Shown piece after piece: positions 37,023-50,556 of a DNA stretch of 64,000 nt (positions are counted from its first letter, which is position 1; every line of letters starts with the position of its first letter). Position numbers and translations under genes: made by a program. The notes under the pieces are model-generated. The model worked only from the letters and a program-made list of their open reading frames with translations, had not been told where the DNA came from and did no database searches. Source of the DNA: Chlorokybus atmophyticus (Eukaryota; Plantae; Mesostigma and Chlorokybus algae); NCBI GenBank assembly GCA_009103225.1, contig RHPI01002533.1, forward strand, positions 1,431,186 to 1,495,185, given 5' to 3'.

Positions 37023-38627
37023 TATACACTGCAACTAGCATGTAGTGACTAAAACATTGGTGTTGCAACCAACGACAAATATTTCAGCGCAAGTAGTGGA
37101 CTTAGGACAGTTACTGCGCTATAATTGTTTGTACAAACAATGAACAAGTAGTACGCCAGCATGCGAGTGTCACATATGCGCTCATGATTATGAGCTCCAA
37201 GAAAGCTTTGCGCAAGAAGACTTTGCAGGTTGCCTAGTGAGCCAACAGTGCAAGCCTATGCATAGCTCAGCAGGCAGATACTATGCCTGCTGAGCTATCT
37301 GCTTTGCCTAATAATAATCCGGACCCTCTACTCTACCCTATACCTGTACCACTGGACTTGGTCCAAGTCCAGGCGCTGAATAGGAAACCATGTTATGATA
37401 AAGGTGGTTACCTGTGCATGCACAGGTGGTCAGCATACTTGGATGCTGTGTAACTGTGTTATTCTATAAGCGAGGCAGCTTGTTTGTAGAATCTCTCAAC
37501 AAGTGTTTGGTACATCATGAGTGCACTTGCAGCACTCCGCCCACACGACAGCCCCAGTTCATGTTCCAATGCCATGCGCTCATGCGGCCAATGTCACATA
37601 AAATCTCTACAAAGCTTGTGTGTCTCATGGCACAACCATTTGGACGTGAATACGAACATGTGCAAGACACAAATCAGGCACACGTAACGCAGACGCGCAT
37701 TGCGTGTGCCTGCTATGTGTCCTTCGCAACAAGGCTTGTCAAACAGCATACCTCCAGGTGACAGTCATCAACACTAGTACATATGACTACCCTGTCAGAC
37801 GTGGTGGTGCTCTTGGCCTGAGGCCTATGCAACTGAGGCATGCTAGCGTGCACAATTGAGTTGTTGTGATGTGCATTTGCATTGTTGTTACGGTGGGCTT
37901 ATATTGCTCGGTTAGCATTATGATTTTGACACTGGGACCTTGTGACTGTTTGATATAATACGGAGCAAGAGAGCAAACATATGCGCAAAAAGCAAGCTGC
38001 ATATACCCTTGCTTGCCATCAGAAGCCACAAGCATATTCATGAGGTGCGTGGCCTCAACTCAGTACATCCTGGCTTGTTGTAAACAAAGCATGTGTGATG
38101 CCCAATTGCTTGGGACAGTATCAGATAAGACAAAAAGCCGGCTGTGCCACAGCTCGCTACAGGGCACTTTGTGCACAGTGATGCAGTGGACGTAGGGAGT
38201 ACAGGGGCCTGGTCTGTCAATGAAGCTCTGCGACAAGTGGCTGCGCCCAGCATATAGCATGGGTCAGAAGAGATCAGCAATAAGGTCGCACACAGCAAAC
38301 CCCACGTCAATGACAATCTCAAACAAAGCGCAGAAGTGAGGCACCTATGATGAAGTGTCATATTCAGAGCGGGGCCCTTCTAGCGGCATAATGACACAGA
38401 GCACTCAGACACCTTGACAAGATGAAAGGTCACAATGATGAAAAATGCTGCGTACCTTCATGTGACACGTGTGGCGACGTTTCAAAGCCTCCCCACTGAG
38501 ATGGTCGGCAAGCTTTGCGAGCCACCTAACCACCCAGCAAGCTCTGGTGTAGAAGAGTTCAGCATGTGCGTCTATCAGCGTCAACTTGTCACCGCCAAAA
38601 CAACGTCACGCCTTGATGGTGCACAAG

Positions 38628-41600
38628 CTACAGTATGTCTCGCATGCTGTCGGCAATCCTCCATCTGTTGTTCTTCCGCTCAAAACACGCCTGCGCTGCG
38701 TCCACACCCATGATGCTGCCAGCCATGTTGGATGACAGGTCAAGGTGCTGGAGCGCAATGCCCTTGTTATGGTTCAACAACTTGTGAATGGCCTTGACCA
38801 GTGCCGAAATGCCCTTTGACCCAATCCGATTGTTGTGCAAGTCTAGGCTTCGCAGGCTTTTGTTCACGAGCAAACTGGCAGCAAACTGCTCGGCTCCTGC
38901 ATCCGGGATCTGATTTGCACCTAGTTTCAGCGTGCGGAGTGTGCTATTGGCAAGCAGCATCTGGGCCAGGGCAACGCTTCCGGTCTCACTGACTTCTGTC
39001 AGCTCTAGTTCTACGCTCAAAACTGATCTATTGCGGGTCAACGCAGCTGCCAACACCTGTGCATTCCTGTCGCCAATGTCTGAGTAAGACAAGTCCAGCC
39101 GCTGCAGCACGCAGGGAGCGCTTTGCAAGCCGTGCATCCAGTGCTTGAAAGAGGCGTGGCTGGCAGCCAAGAAGCAATCCTTCAGTATGAATTCCTTCAG
39201 GGTCGTGCTCTTTGCAAACAGTCCCACGAAGTGGTTTATTAGTTGCTCCGGCACTGTCATTGACAGTAGTTCAAGTTTCTCAAGGGAAGTGCTCATCGCA
39301 AGAGCATCACCAAGGCAGCCTTGGCAGTCGTTGATGCATAGCCCGACAAGCTCGTTGTTGCTGATATGGACTGACTTCAAGGAGCTGCTACCAGCAGCTC
39401 TTGTCAAAATGCATGGAGCGCAGTAGCCGAATAGACTGAGGTGTTGTATGTTGGGGTGGTGAGCAAGCGAATCACCAAGCTCCCCGGCAGCTGCATGCAT
39501 AGGCTCATCGCACTGTATTCGCAACGTTGCAAGGCTGCTGTTGCACCGTAAGCTTCCTGCCAATGCAGCTGCACCTGCCAGTGGGCATAACACTACATAT
39601 TAACAAGCAAGTACAAGTTGCATTTGGGCAGCTGGTGCGCCACGCTGCAAGCACAACAGCAAGCATGAACCATGCCTGGCAGCAGACAAGCACTTGCCGC
39701 GTGCGCCCAGGGAAGTACCCCGCAGGCTCAAAACTGCAAGTTGGCACGTGCGTAGCAGGTCAGCTGCAAATACTGTCCCAGCTGTGCCAATGTTTGTGTC
39801 ATCCAAGAACAACTCCCGGACCTGCAATGGTATCAATGACCTCAGTACCTCAGTACCTTGCACGACATTCAAAGCTTGAATGAGAGAGCAGGGGCACTGC
39901 ACTCAGCTACGGAAGAGCCACTAGAAGCATACCCGAGCAGGGAGGTACCGTACCTTCTCATTACCAACCAGTGATCGACACACCCTGTCAGCGCCGTGTG
40001 CGGTGAGACTGTTGTCTTCAAGGCATATGCTTTGCAAGTTGTTGTCCGCCTGGGTTGCATAGCATGTCATGCACGTGCAAGGACCTGCTGATGAAGCAAC
40101 ACCCATCGGTGTACAGCACTATCAAGGCATAGACAAAAAGAAAAAATAGCACTTCTGTTGGAATAACCACCTTGAGCAACTGCGAGAGAGCTTCTGCAAT
40201 CTCGTCCGCAAACCCAGAACCCATGCCATATGTTGGATCATCCATCTGACTGTTGATACCCGGATAGGAATTTTGGTGCACCTCCAGCCTTCGGCATGAC
40301 GAGTTGCCTTGCAATGCCAAGAACAGCCGCTGAAGTTCAAACTGCAGGCAACTTGCGTCATCAGACTCGTCGAAGCCCAAGCCCAGCAGTACAATAAGCG
40401 TCTATTGTCTTACCAGCGATATAACACCATAGTTTGGTACAACGATTCCACAAATGCGCAGCTTGGCAGAAGGGTTGCTGATGGCAGAGAGAACAGCCTG
40501 ATTCAGCACATTAGCACAGTTGCTGAGTGCGCTGGCGTGCTGTGTATATGCAAGTTGTTCGTAAAACAGTTATTGCTGTACCTTCCAGCTACTGGGTGTG
40601 GCATTTTCTGACCACAGCACTTGCAAAGGTGAGATCGTGCGTGTGGATGCTGGAAGCAATGTGAGGTGCTCCATGTCGTTGACTTCAACAGTGCCGGGTA
40701 GTGTCAACTCCATCAAATTGGGGCATTGCGATGCCAGCTTTACAAGTTGTGCATAACTCCCTCGCAACCACGTGCTGGAAGGCATGATGAGGGACCTCAA
40801 TGCATGTGCCACATGCGGTCGCCTGTACAGAGGCATCAGTTCTTTTCATAAATGTTCAACAGAGACATCAGAAAGCTACATGTAAGGGGCGTACTTGTTG
40901 AGCAGTCGACGCAGGCTGCGCCATGTTGGCACCTCCCACCAACGACCTGCAATTGTTGAGATCTGTCGTTTAGTTGGGTATAAGTGCAGAAGAGCAAAAT
41001 CAGCTGCGTGCTTAGGGACGTAAAGGCTGCATGTTTTTCAAATTTGGTTGTTGACAAGGCACAGAAAACGTGTAGATGGGCACTCAAATCATGTTGACTG
41101 AGTAGGGTTGTCAAGTCATTGCCGGCATGCATGTTGATTGGCGTGAGGCTGTTTTTGCTTGCCTCAACACAGGTTTGTGCATGCCGGTGCCTGCATTGGG
41201 TGCAAGCACCAGCATGCACAACCATCTCGAGAGTGAAACAACAACTTGACGAACTGCGACCTTCAGCAGCACCTGACGTATATATTAACTTCTCAATGCA
41301 AGAATGCACAACCAGGCACGAAATGCACATTGCATGTGAAAGGTTCACAGTGTCGCACAGAGGTCACCTATTGGAGCTGACAGTCGCTCTCAAGACAAAG
41401 AATATGGCGGTCCTGGGTGTCAAAACGCACTGTGCAATACGACAATGCTAGCACTGAGATGGTGAGCATCAAGCTACTAACTACCATGTCTGCTTCTGTC
41501 GCTGTTTGCTTCCCCTCATGAACATGAATGAACAGCACGCGAACCGGGTGGCACAGCAGCGAATACCAAGTGCAGGCAGGCTGCTCTTCGTGCTTGCTTG

Positions 41601-41842
41601 CCTGCCAGGCTGATGGTGGTCCACAACCACGGCTGCCTAAGGTCGTCGCGCCATCGCCGGCACACCGCCTCGCACCTCAGAGCGTCCTGAAGCCTCAGCT
41701 GGCTCCTCACCTGCAGCGCCACGTCGGCGGGCAGCCCGCTCCACAGCCCCTCCGCCCCTGACCCGACCGCCGCCTCCGCCGCCTCCATAACATGCATACA
41801 CCCAACAAGCTTCTTAGCGTCGGCCTCGTTGTCGCCCTCCAT
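38628..41842 (-). CDS. F-box protein with RNI-like/NLRC3-like leucine-rich repeats
   Basis: WSGLPADVALQVRSQLRLQDALRCEAVCRRWR (F-box); LRR exons (LASQCPNLMELTL; LQRLDLSYSDIGD; LRTLKLGANQIPDAGA; LRSLDLHNNRIGSKG). The 3' end is uncertain. Confidence 0.8.
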
Positions 41843-42157
41843 GGCAGCGGTGGCGGCGACGGCGCTCGCTGCGCCTGTCGTCTGCCTCCGCCTTGCTGTC
41901 ACCGCCTCGCCTGAAGCTTGTCTCAGGGGCAGGCGAGCACCTGCTGCCTGTGCGTTGCGGCACAGCCTGCCTTTGAGGCACCACCACAGGCGGCGGCGGT
42001 GTGCTCCTCTGGCTGGAGCACCTGTCGTGGTAGCTCCTTCCTGTAAGTTGTATGTTGCACGTTCTTCGTGCTCGTCTATCCCACACGCCAGCAAGCTTGA
42101 ATGCATGCCTAGATTTGGGCTCATACGGCTACTGCATTGCTTGTCCTCGTGATTGCT

Positions 42158-43974
42158 ATGCTTGTTCCCATGCCGAGGCTTGCCTTACACAGTGCAAATG
42201 CACAATGCATGAGTGTTTATGTGGTAAGGTGTATGCATACAATTCTCAACAAGGCTCGCTTGGTTGCAGCCACGCGCAGAAAGGCAATGGCAGCGGCTTC
42301 AGCTGAAGCTGCCATGGCCCAGGACGTTGATAAGGCAGCAACCGCAAAGCAAACGACTGCGGATGACTTGCTCATAGTTGGGCCTGGCGTGCTCGGAACC
42401 ATGATTGCAAAGTTGTGGTTGGCGGTGAGTTCGAAGCCATGCGACTGTGTGATATTCTCTGCATGAGGTGAACGCTCATGTTGAATGTGCCATGGCACAC
42501 AGGGGTTCCCCCACGCCCGGGTCATTGGGCAAACCAACACCGAGAACTCCCACGAGAGGCTGAGAGCGCTCGGCGTCATTCCTCGCATGAAGACTGCAGC
42601 CGAAGGTGCAAGCAGTTGTTGCTTCACTTACTGTTGTTTTGTTTACGCAATGCGTACATGCAATGGCTGAATGACACACGGTTACTTGTACATACACAGG
42701 GTCAGAGAGGTTTCCCTATGTGGTATTCTGCGCACCGCCATCAGGGAGCACTGACTACGTTGGGGAAGTGAGGTAACAACACTTAGCATGTGCATCGTGC
42801 ATGTTCACTCCTTGCAGTGTAGCTGACCATTGATGTGTGCACAGGTCTGCAGCAAGCTTATTTGATGGCCAAGGCAGCCTGCTGTTCACTTCCAGCTCTG
42901 CGGTGTACGCGGCTGATGATGGTGAGCTCTGCGATGAGGTGTGTAACTTGTGCAGTGTCTTGCAGCTAGCAAACAGCATGTACATGCTGGTCTGTGTCTC
43001 ATCAATAGCATGTGCTTGTGAGCAAACAGTGTTGGAACTATTCGACAGGTCAGCGGCAAGGTGGTTGAGAAGGGTGCAAGCGATCGTGTTGACAGACTGC
43101 TCAACTGCGAAGAAGTTGTCTTGCAAGCTGGTGGCACTGTCGTGCGGCTCGCTGGACTTTACATATCCACTCTTTTAACAGCTGATCACACTTAGCAGCA
43201 TGTGCAGTCCTCTGGTCTCATCTGTGAGCAGCCTTAACTGGTACTGCAGCACACTGCGGAACGAGGTGCACATACGTACTTCTTGAAAGCTGGACAAGTT
43301 CCCGGGCGCCCTGACAGCTTCCTCAACCTCATTCATTATGAGGTAATCCTGCTGCACGTGGCTTCATTACCTCTTTGTTGGTTATGGAAGACAAGTCCAA
43401 GCAATACCCATCTCGTTGCAGGATGCCGCATCTCTATGCGTGGCTGCATTGCGTGCCAAATCACGAAGTACGACCTACATGGGCTGCGACAACCATTACC
43501 TCACAAGGTAGGCCTCCAGGCAGAAGTGAGCTATCATGTGCAAGTTGTTTTGTCACAAAGCAGGTAGGTCTGACATTGACAATCACGTGTTGCCGTGGCG
43601 CTATGCTTTGAACTCATTGTCCATGCCAAATTTTTGCAGACAAGAGATGATGGACGCCGTTGTGGCCTCCGGCAAATGGAAAGGCGAATTCAAGGGCTTT
43701 ACAGGTGTGACCTTTGTAACTTTGCTCTTTTTGATCTGGTGCAAGCAGCACTTTCAGGCATGGAAGTAGAATCAATCTTGTACTATCTGTGCGCGCATGT
43801 GCATTGACATGCAAGCATGTTGTTGGTGCTAACTGTTGCCTGTTGCCTGTTGAACTCATAGGCACGACTGGCGGGCGCGGCAGACGGATGAACAATGACG
43901 TTACGCGGCAGGCTTTGCAGTGGGCACCCAAGTACAACAGCTTTGTAGAGTTCATTGAGCAGTGGCAGCCTTGA
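42158..43974 (+). CDS. NAD(P)-binding Rossmann-fold epimerase/dehydratase-like protein (plant At2g39080-like)
   Basis: DLLIVGPGVLG, VIGQTNT..SHERL, VVFCAPPSGSTDY, FTSSSAVY, VVRLAGLY, LNLIHYEDAASL, RMNNDVTRQALQWAPKYNSF. The start is uncertain. Confidence 0.85.
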
Positions 43975-44527
43975 GATGAGGATAACCGCGGACTGCACGT
44001 CCTCGTTGACAACTATTGTTGAGCAGTAGGCGCATCATTTTGGTCTCGCGTCATTCGTTTTTGCACCAGCAGCGGTGTTGAATGGCAGGCCAGTTGGACG
44101 TTCAGTTATCAAGCAGTTGTTGAGGAGATCGATCCACCTATGGGTTACCCTTGCATGCCCTCGTCTGCGGCCATGATACCACCCTACTGATCAAGCTCTA
44201 GCGTAATCACTGCTTTGTCAGGACATTCAATTCCCGCTCGTTGCAAGGTCTATGGATGCATGCCATAACAGCTCATGAATTACCATCACAAGCAGACACA
44301 TTAAAGATGCAGAGTGCATATTAGCAACGGTGCATTACGTGCCCAATCATATACAAACAATGCCAACCTTCTCAGTGCGATCTTGATTGAGTGTTACCTC
44401 CGTATTGTGCACACAATTGTCAATCCTCCTACTATGATGCACTCCACACACTAGCTGTTCTACAAGTCAAACACGCTGCAGACCCGACACGATGGAGGCA
44501 GGCCGGTACTTGCATTGTCACATGCCG

Positions 44528-46374
44528 TCATTCGGGTGTGACGTACGCAGCAGTGATGCCTCCATCCACGACGAGTGCCGCTCCCGTCATGAAGCTCGAG
44601 TCCACATCGCTCGCAAGGAACAGCGCCGCTCTCGCCATCTCGGTCGCTTCGCCGAACCTCCCGACGGGGATATGCACGAGTCTCCTCCTGCGCTTGTCGT
44701 CGGTGTCGAGAAACTTCATCAGGAGCTCCGTGCGGAGGGGACCCGGGCAGAGAGCGTTGGCGCGAATGTTCTCGCGGGCATGGATCACGGCGATCTCGCG
44801 GGTGAGGGCCAGGACGGCGCCCTTGCTCGCGGTGTAGGCTATCTGCGGGCACGGTGATGGTGACGAGCACACGCAAGCGCGTGCACGTGCGCATGCATAC
44901 ATGCAGATTTACAAGCAGGCACATGGACCAACGCACGCTCACACACATGCGTGCGTGCATTCACGCACGCATGCCTGCACACGCGCACATGCGTGCGCAC
45001 GCGCACTGTTGCCAACATTCCTGCGCCTGAACATGTTCACCAACACACATGCACCTGAACACAAATGCATGTACACACGTGTGCACACATGCAATCACAC
45101 AATCAGCGTCTACCTGAGGCGTGGCGGCGCCCATGAGGGCAACAAACGACGCCGTATTCACAATACTCCCACCTCCCGCTCTCCTCATGGCCGGTATCCC
45201 AAACTTGCACCCGTTGATCACCCCCTTGACATTGACATTCAGCGTCTTGGTTATAACCTCCTCGTCCGTGTCTTCCGGCCTGTCATCCCCCGCCAACATC
45301 ACCCCCGCATTGTTGAACAGCACGTGTAACGCCCCGAACTCGCGCTCGGCGGCCTCGACCATGGCGCGGGCGTGGTCCGCGTTGGACACGTCCCCGGATA
45401 CATGAACAGCGGCGTGGCCGGCGTCGCGGATGCCGCGAGCCACGTCCGAGGCGGCGTCTTCACGCACGTCCGCCACGACAACACGTGCACCCTCACGCGC
45501 AAACAGCTCGCAGGAAGCCTTGCCTATGCCGCTGGTGGTGGCGTGAACACATGTGAGTGTGGTGAGTGGATACTCAATGCCAGTATAACCTGATGAGCAG
45601 TGGGGGGGTGAGCGAATGGGTACCACCAGCACAGATATGGTGGTGCATGCCTGTGTGTGTGTGCGTGCGTGCAGTTGATTGTGTGCATGTGGCTGTGTAC
45701 GTGTGTGCCTGTGTGCGTGCACGCATGTGTGTATGTGTGTGTTTATGCGTCTGCCCAGGCTGGAACATCGGAGCATAAGAGATTTGAGATTTCGTAACCA
45801 TTGCATTGACATCAACAACTCTGACTGACTCACTACAAGGATGCAGCTCAACTAAACTAACCCAGTAACGCTGCCATTATATTGGTACAGGGGCATGGGA
45901 TGTTTCACTTGTGCTTGTTTCGATTTCGACACCAACGCCAAGTGGTTATGTGTAAGTGAAACATCTCGCCCATGGCATCGAAGAACAACACCACTACACA
46001 ACAGAAACGCACACACATGCAATCCTTCATAGAAGCAATGACACTGACACACGCCCACCCAGCGCCCAACTCGATCCGTTCACTCACGCATTGTCTCCAC
46101 TCACCAAAGCACAACACTCTGCCTCAAACAAGATCCACTCCACTCCACTCCACTCCACAACCCCTCACCTTCCTCCTCCTGTGATAAGAGCAACCTTGCC
46201 CGCCAGCCTCCCCCCCGACGAGGACGAGGACGAGGACGACGCGGCGGCGGCGGCGGCGGCGAATCCCGCATGTGTCAGACGAACGAGACAGCTGTCGCCC
46301 CCGGGCACAGCAACGGCAAGGGGCGGAGCGGCGAGACGCCGCCACGTCTGCGCCGCCGCCGCCGCCCGCCGCAT
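44528..46374 (-). CDS. Classical short-chain dehydrogenase/reductase (3 exons, targeting-peptide-like N-terminus)
   Basis: LAGKVALITGGG-SGIG, LFNNAG, IVNTAS, YTASK, IRANALCPG, VDGG. Confidence 0.95.
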
Positions 46375-47188
46375 GGTTTGGCGGGAGGGGGAATACCGTT
46401 ACACACTACCACGCATGAGCGCATGCAACGCAGCTGCCCGTGAGAGTTTTGTTCAGGCACATTGCGGTACCAAGGTGTTAGGGTATGGTCACACAACACA
46501 GCAGCCCCACGCTGAGCTCATGCACGTGGCAGGTAGGAAGGGGCTCAGCACCCGTTGATACACACACAATACTGTGACAGGCAGACTACACATAGCATAC
46601 CCACTTTGTTTACAGGCGAGATGAATGATGAAAACGCTCGCTTTTACCCTGACGTAAAGTTTCAGCGGCAATCACAGGACTGACACCGTGCATGTTGCGC
46701 AAGTTTGGCATGACCGGTACTATGCATATAAGAGCGTGCACGCGATGTGCCATTGCTGTCCTACTACTCAGTGTTCTCCACCCTGCTTGCTGTGTGTGTT
46801 GTTTTGCTTCGTGCTTCAGCAAAGTAAGCGAAAGTCCTCTTGCATACAGCAGTTGCCTCCGCGGTATAGTGAATGCCACAGCAACGTTGACGGATCGACA
46901 TTCATGTGCTGGTGTGCATGCTTGGCTGATGGCAACGTGTCATCACATACATCTTCGGTTGTGTCTGTATGCCAACTGAACACCGCACGGCTATAAAGTA
47001 GCACAAATCACCAAAGATAAACATGGAGAAAGATGAATCGAATGTTCAATGTGTCTGGCCGCTATCACCACTGACTTTTGCCAGCAGTGCGCAACTTACA
47101 GCCATATACAAGCCAAAAATACTGCTGATTCGATGCTTGCCAACTTAGTAGCTAATGTAATGCAATTGGTGAAGAACAAAACTACCCC

Positions 47189-49529
47189 TTAAACCGCGCT
47201 GCGCTTAGCCTGCTTGATAAGCTTCTCCTCAGCATGGATAAGCTTCTTAAGCGTCGCGGTGTTCTTGATGCCATCCTGCACACAAGTACACACAAACCCA
47301 ACATTATGTCCACACATTCGACACAACATACCCACACTACACATCTGTGTCAACAGTACGCACCTGGCCGTCCTGCCACGTCTTGAGCGTCCACGTCTGG
47401 TCGGTGAACACGCCGTCGACGCCGATCTCGTTGAAGAAGAGGTCGTACTCGCGCGTGGGGTCCTCCAGGTAGTCCCACTTGAGGTACACGTTCTCATTCC
47501 TGAACGTGTAAGGATGCACCTATACAAGAGACACAATGTGATCAGTCCAGAGTTTCACACACAGACATACCAAATACACGCACATGGGCTTAAGCGCGTA
47601 CGCGCGTGTGTGTATGTGTGCGTGCGTGTCGCGCACGCACACATGCATGCACACACCTATGTGCATGTGTACGTGTGCATGCGTGTGTGCGTGCACTGAG
47701 GCAGAGACACAACCACTACAGACAGTCCCACGCACCCACCCACCCACACTCTCTCACCTGCATGTTGCGTTCATGCGCTCTCGTGACGAGGTCCGTGGGC
47801 GGCAGCGAGGCGTAGCCGTTGGCGAGCGTCTTGACGATGTTGTCCTTCCACGGCCCGATGCCCACGCAGAAGCTGGCCACGTAGTCCAGGTACGCGTCGG
47901 TGCTCACCTCGGCCCAGGTCAGGTTTGTGTCGATGGTGGGGGGGTCAGAGTAACTGGACACGAGAGTGTGGGTGTGGGTGTGGGTGTATCAGGAGTGTGT
48001 ATTAGGACACGTGGTGTATAGTTGGGTATGTAAGTGTGTACCCGTTCATGAGGAAGACGAGAGGAGAGTCTGTGAGCTTGTTGTCGCGGACGTACTCGAG
48101 GGACTTGATCTCAAAGGACTGGATGAACAGGGGCTGAGCCTTCCACGCATTAGACCCAAGCCTGGAAGAAGATACTACCTTAGTCACGAACAATTTGTGT
48201 TTACGATGAGTTGTGTTGACTCACTTTCCGTGGTAGCCGTATCGCTTGAGCTCTGCCATGAACAGGTCCTCGGCGCGGTCGGTGCGGCCGCGCTCCTGGA
48301 AGGCGTACTTGTTCATGAAGGTGGGGTTCTTGATCTCAGGGTACACGCCTGCCATAAGCGCAAGTCAGTGTTACAAGTGGACATGCACAGACATGTGTGT
48401 CTGCACGCACGCATGAGTATATGTCACACAAACACAAACGGACGCACACGCCTATGCAGACACGCACACATACAGCGGGCATGCACGCACACATATACAC
48501 ACACGCGGTACAGTATGCGCGGCCACACATTCCAACACCATCTACACACTTACCAACGATGCGATCGGCATTCAGGGCAATCGACAGGAACTCAGCAAAG
48601 GTCGACACCTGCATGCAAAGTTGTGTCTCAGCTCATCACCGTGTTATGATCCCAACATACTCAACCCAACCCCAATCTCAGCACGCAGACTACACGCGCT
48701 GCTCACCCTGAAGTTGTGGTTGAGGTTGGGGTTGCGGAAGGCGAGGGGCTGTTTGGCATACAGAGACTCGATCTCCGCCAGGGTGAAGTCGACTGTTGTA
48801 CGAGACACATGTTGGGTGCTGGAAACACAGTGTGGTGTTGTATGGCCGAGCACATGCAATTGTGTGTGTGCTCACAGGTGAAGAAGCCGTTGGTGACGAG
48901 GCCATCAACCGAGAGCGTGCGGTTGCGGCCGGCAAACTCGGGGCGGGAGGCAACATCGGTGGTGATGCTCCTGCACAAGGGAGGTGAGGTATCAGCACAC
49001 GTGTGTGCTTACACCCACACAGCTCGGTGCGGTAAAGCATGGCACTGTGCACACACACACATACGCGCGCGCATGCCCACGTGCGCGTGCACACATACGT
49101 ACGCGTCAGCCAGACACACCCACACCCCTCCTTACAGGTCCGGGTCATGTCTCATGATGAGTTTGTAGTCCTTGGTGACGAGCACGTCTCCCTCGATGAA
49201 GTCTGCGCCCAGCGCGATGGCGAGCCGGTACCCCTCGGGGGTCTCTTCCGGCAACGCGCCGGGGGAACCGCGGTGGGCGACGTTGTAAGCACGGTGAGAC
49301 TGGAGGGGGGCCTTGGTCTGGGGGGTGAAGGTGGACACATGTCAACAATGTGCATCACCCAAGACGCATACAGGGATATGAGACAGATGCATACACAGAG
49401 CGGTACTGATACAGATACACAGATACAGAGGCGCACAGGTGCACACATGCACATGTGCACACCCACATTGTGGGCGGCGGCGAGGGCGGGGAGGATGAGG
49501 AGGATGAGGGCGAGGTGGAGGCGAGCCAT
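47189..49529 (-). CDS. Secreted glycerophosphodiester phosphodiesterase (GlpQ-like GDPD)
   Basis: Signal peptide MARLHLALILLILPALAAA; AHRG...PEET..Y.LAI..GADFIEGD; RHD; GVYPEIKNP; FIQSFE; VHPYTFRNE; GVDGVFTD. Confidence 0.93.
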
Positions 49530-50556
49530 CTTGATGTGCTTGCGGGGAGATGCACCCCGCAACCTTGCTCACAACACCACCTTAGCAGTGGCAACTGAGA
49601 CTAAACCAACCCCTGGGTGCTGCTTTGCTTATATACTGATTCCCTCAAGCAAGACAATGACTAAGGTGCGGCGGTCTGTGTCGAGGCAGGAAGACGACAG
49701 GACTTGTCCCTTGATGTTGACTCACTCGGAGACAGGATAAGGCTCGGTTCAACAAGTTGGTGTTGTCTCCTTGCGGCTGACAGAAGAAGTACGTATGATA
49801 CACACAGTGTATCAGACCAGTGGTACAGCCTGAGTGGTGTGTAGCCTAAGTCTGCTGTATCTTCAAGTTTGGAAGTCAGTGACTTCAAGTCACAGTGTGG
49901 TGGGCTGCACAAGTTGTGACTTGTGGGTTGTGCAGCACGACCCACAAGTCATGTGCATCATGACCACCCACACATGTGTGGGGATACAGTCTACAGTGGT
50001 AGTGTAGGCCGCATCTTGGTCACTCGCCTCATTGCATTGAGTGTCAAGTGGTACTTGCAACTCATACAGTTCAACATTGCAAGGTTGTTGGCGCTCAAGG
50101 TATCAGACCTTGAGAGATTCCGCCCTCCTCTCTCACACTGAAAAGATGAGAGACTTTCAGTCAGTCAGCGGTAGGCCTAGTAACACTACCGTAGTACAGC
50201 ATACGCTGAAGTACGTAGTCAAGATACCCTATTACGCTGGCGCGCACGTGACTGCGGTGGCGTAACCTGGATTGATCCAAGTTACATAATTGTATCATCA
50301 TTTGACACCCTCAAATGAGTCCCTGTTCATGATGACAAGGTGGTAAGATTCCCCCTCTGCGAGTCAGGCTGTGACAGAGCCTTGGCGGGAGTGTACTTGC
50401 ATAAGGTACTTGCATATAATGGATACCTGCGAAAGGTATATTGCTGCCCCGCCGCAATGCGGAGGGGATGATACCGCCACTGCATTGGTATCTAACTTTA
50501 GCTGTCGCTTCAGCAACTCGCTTCAAGTTGCTTGCTTGCACTACTAGCCTCGAGTA

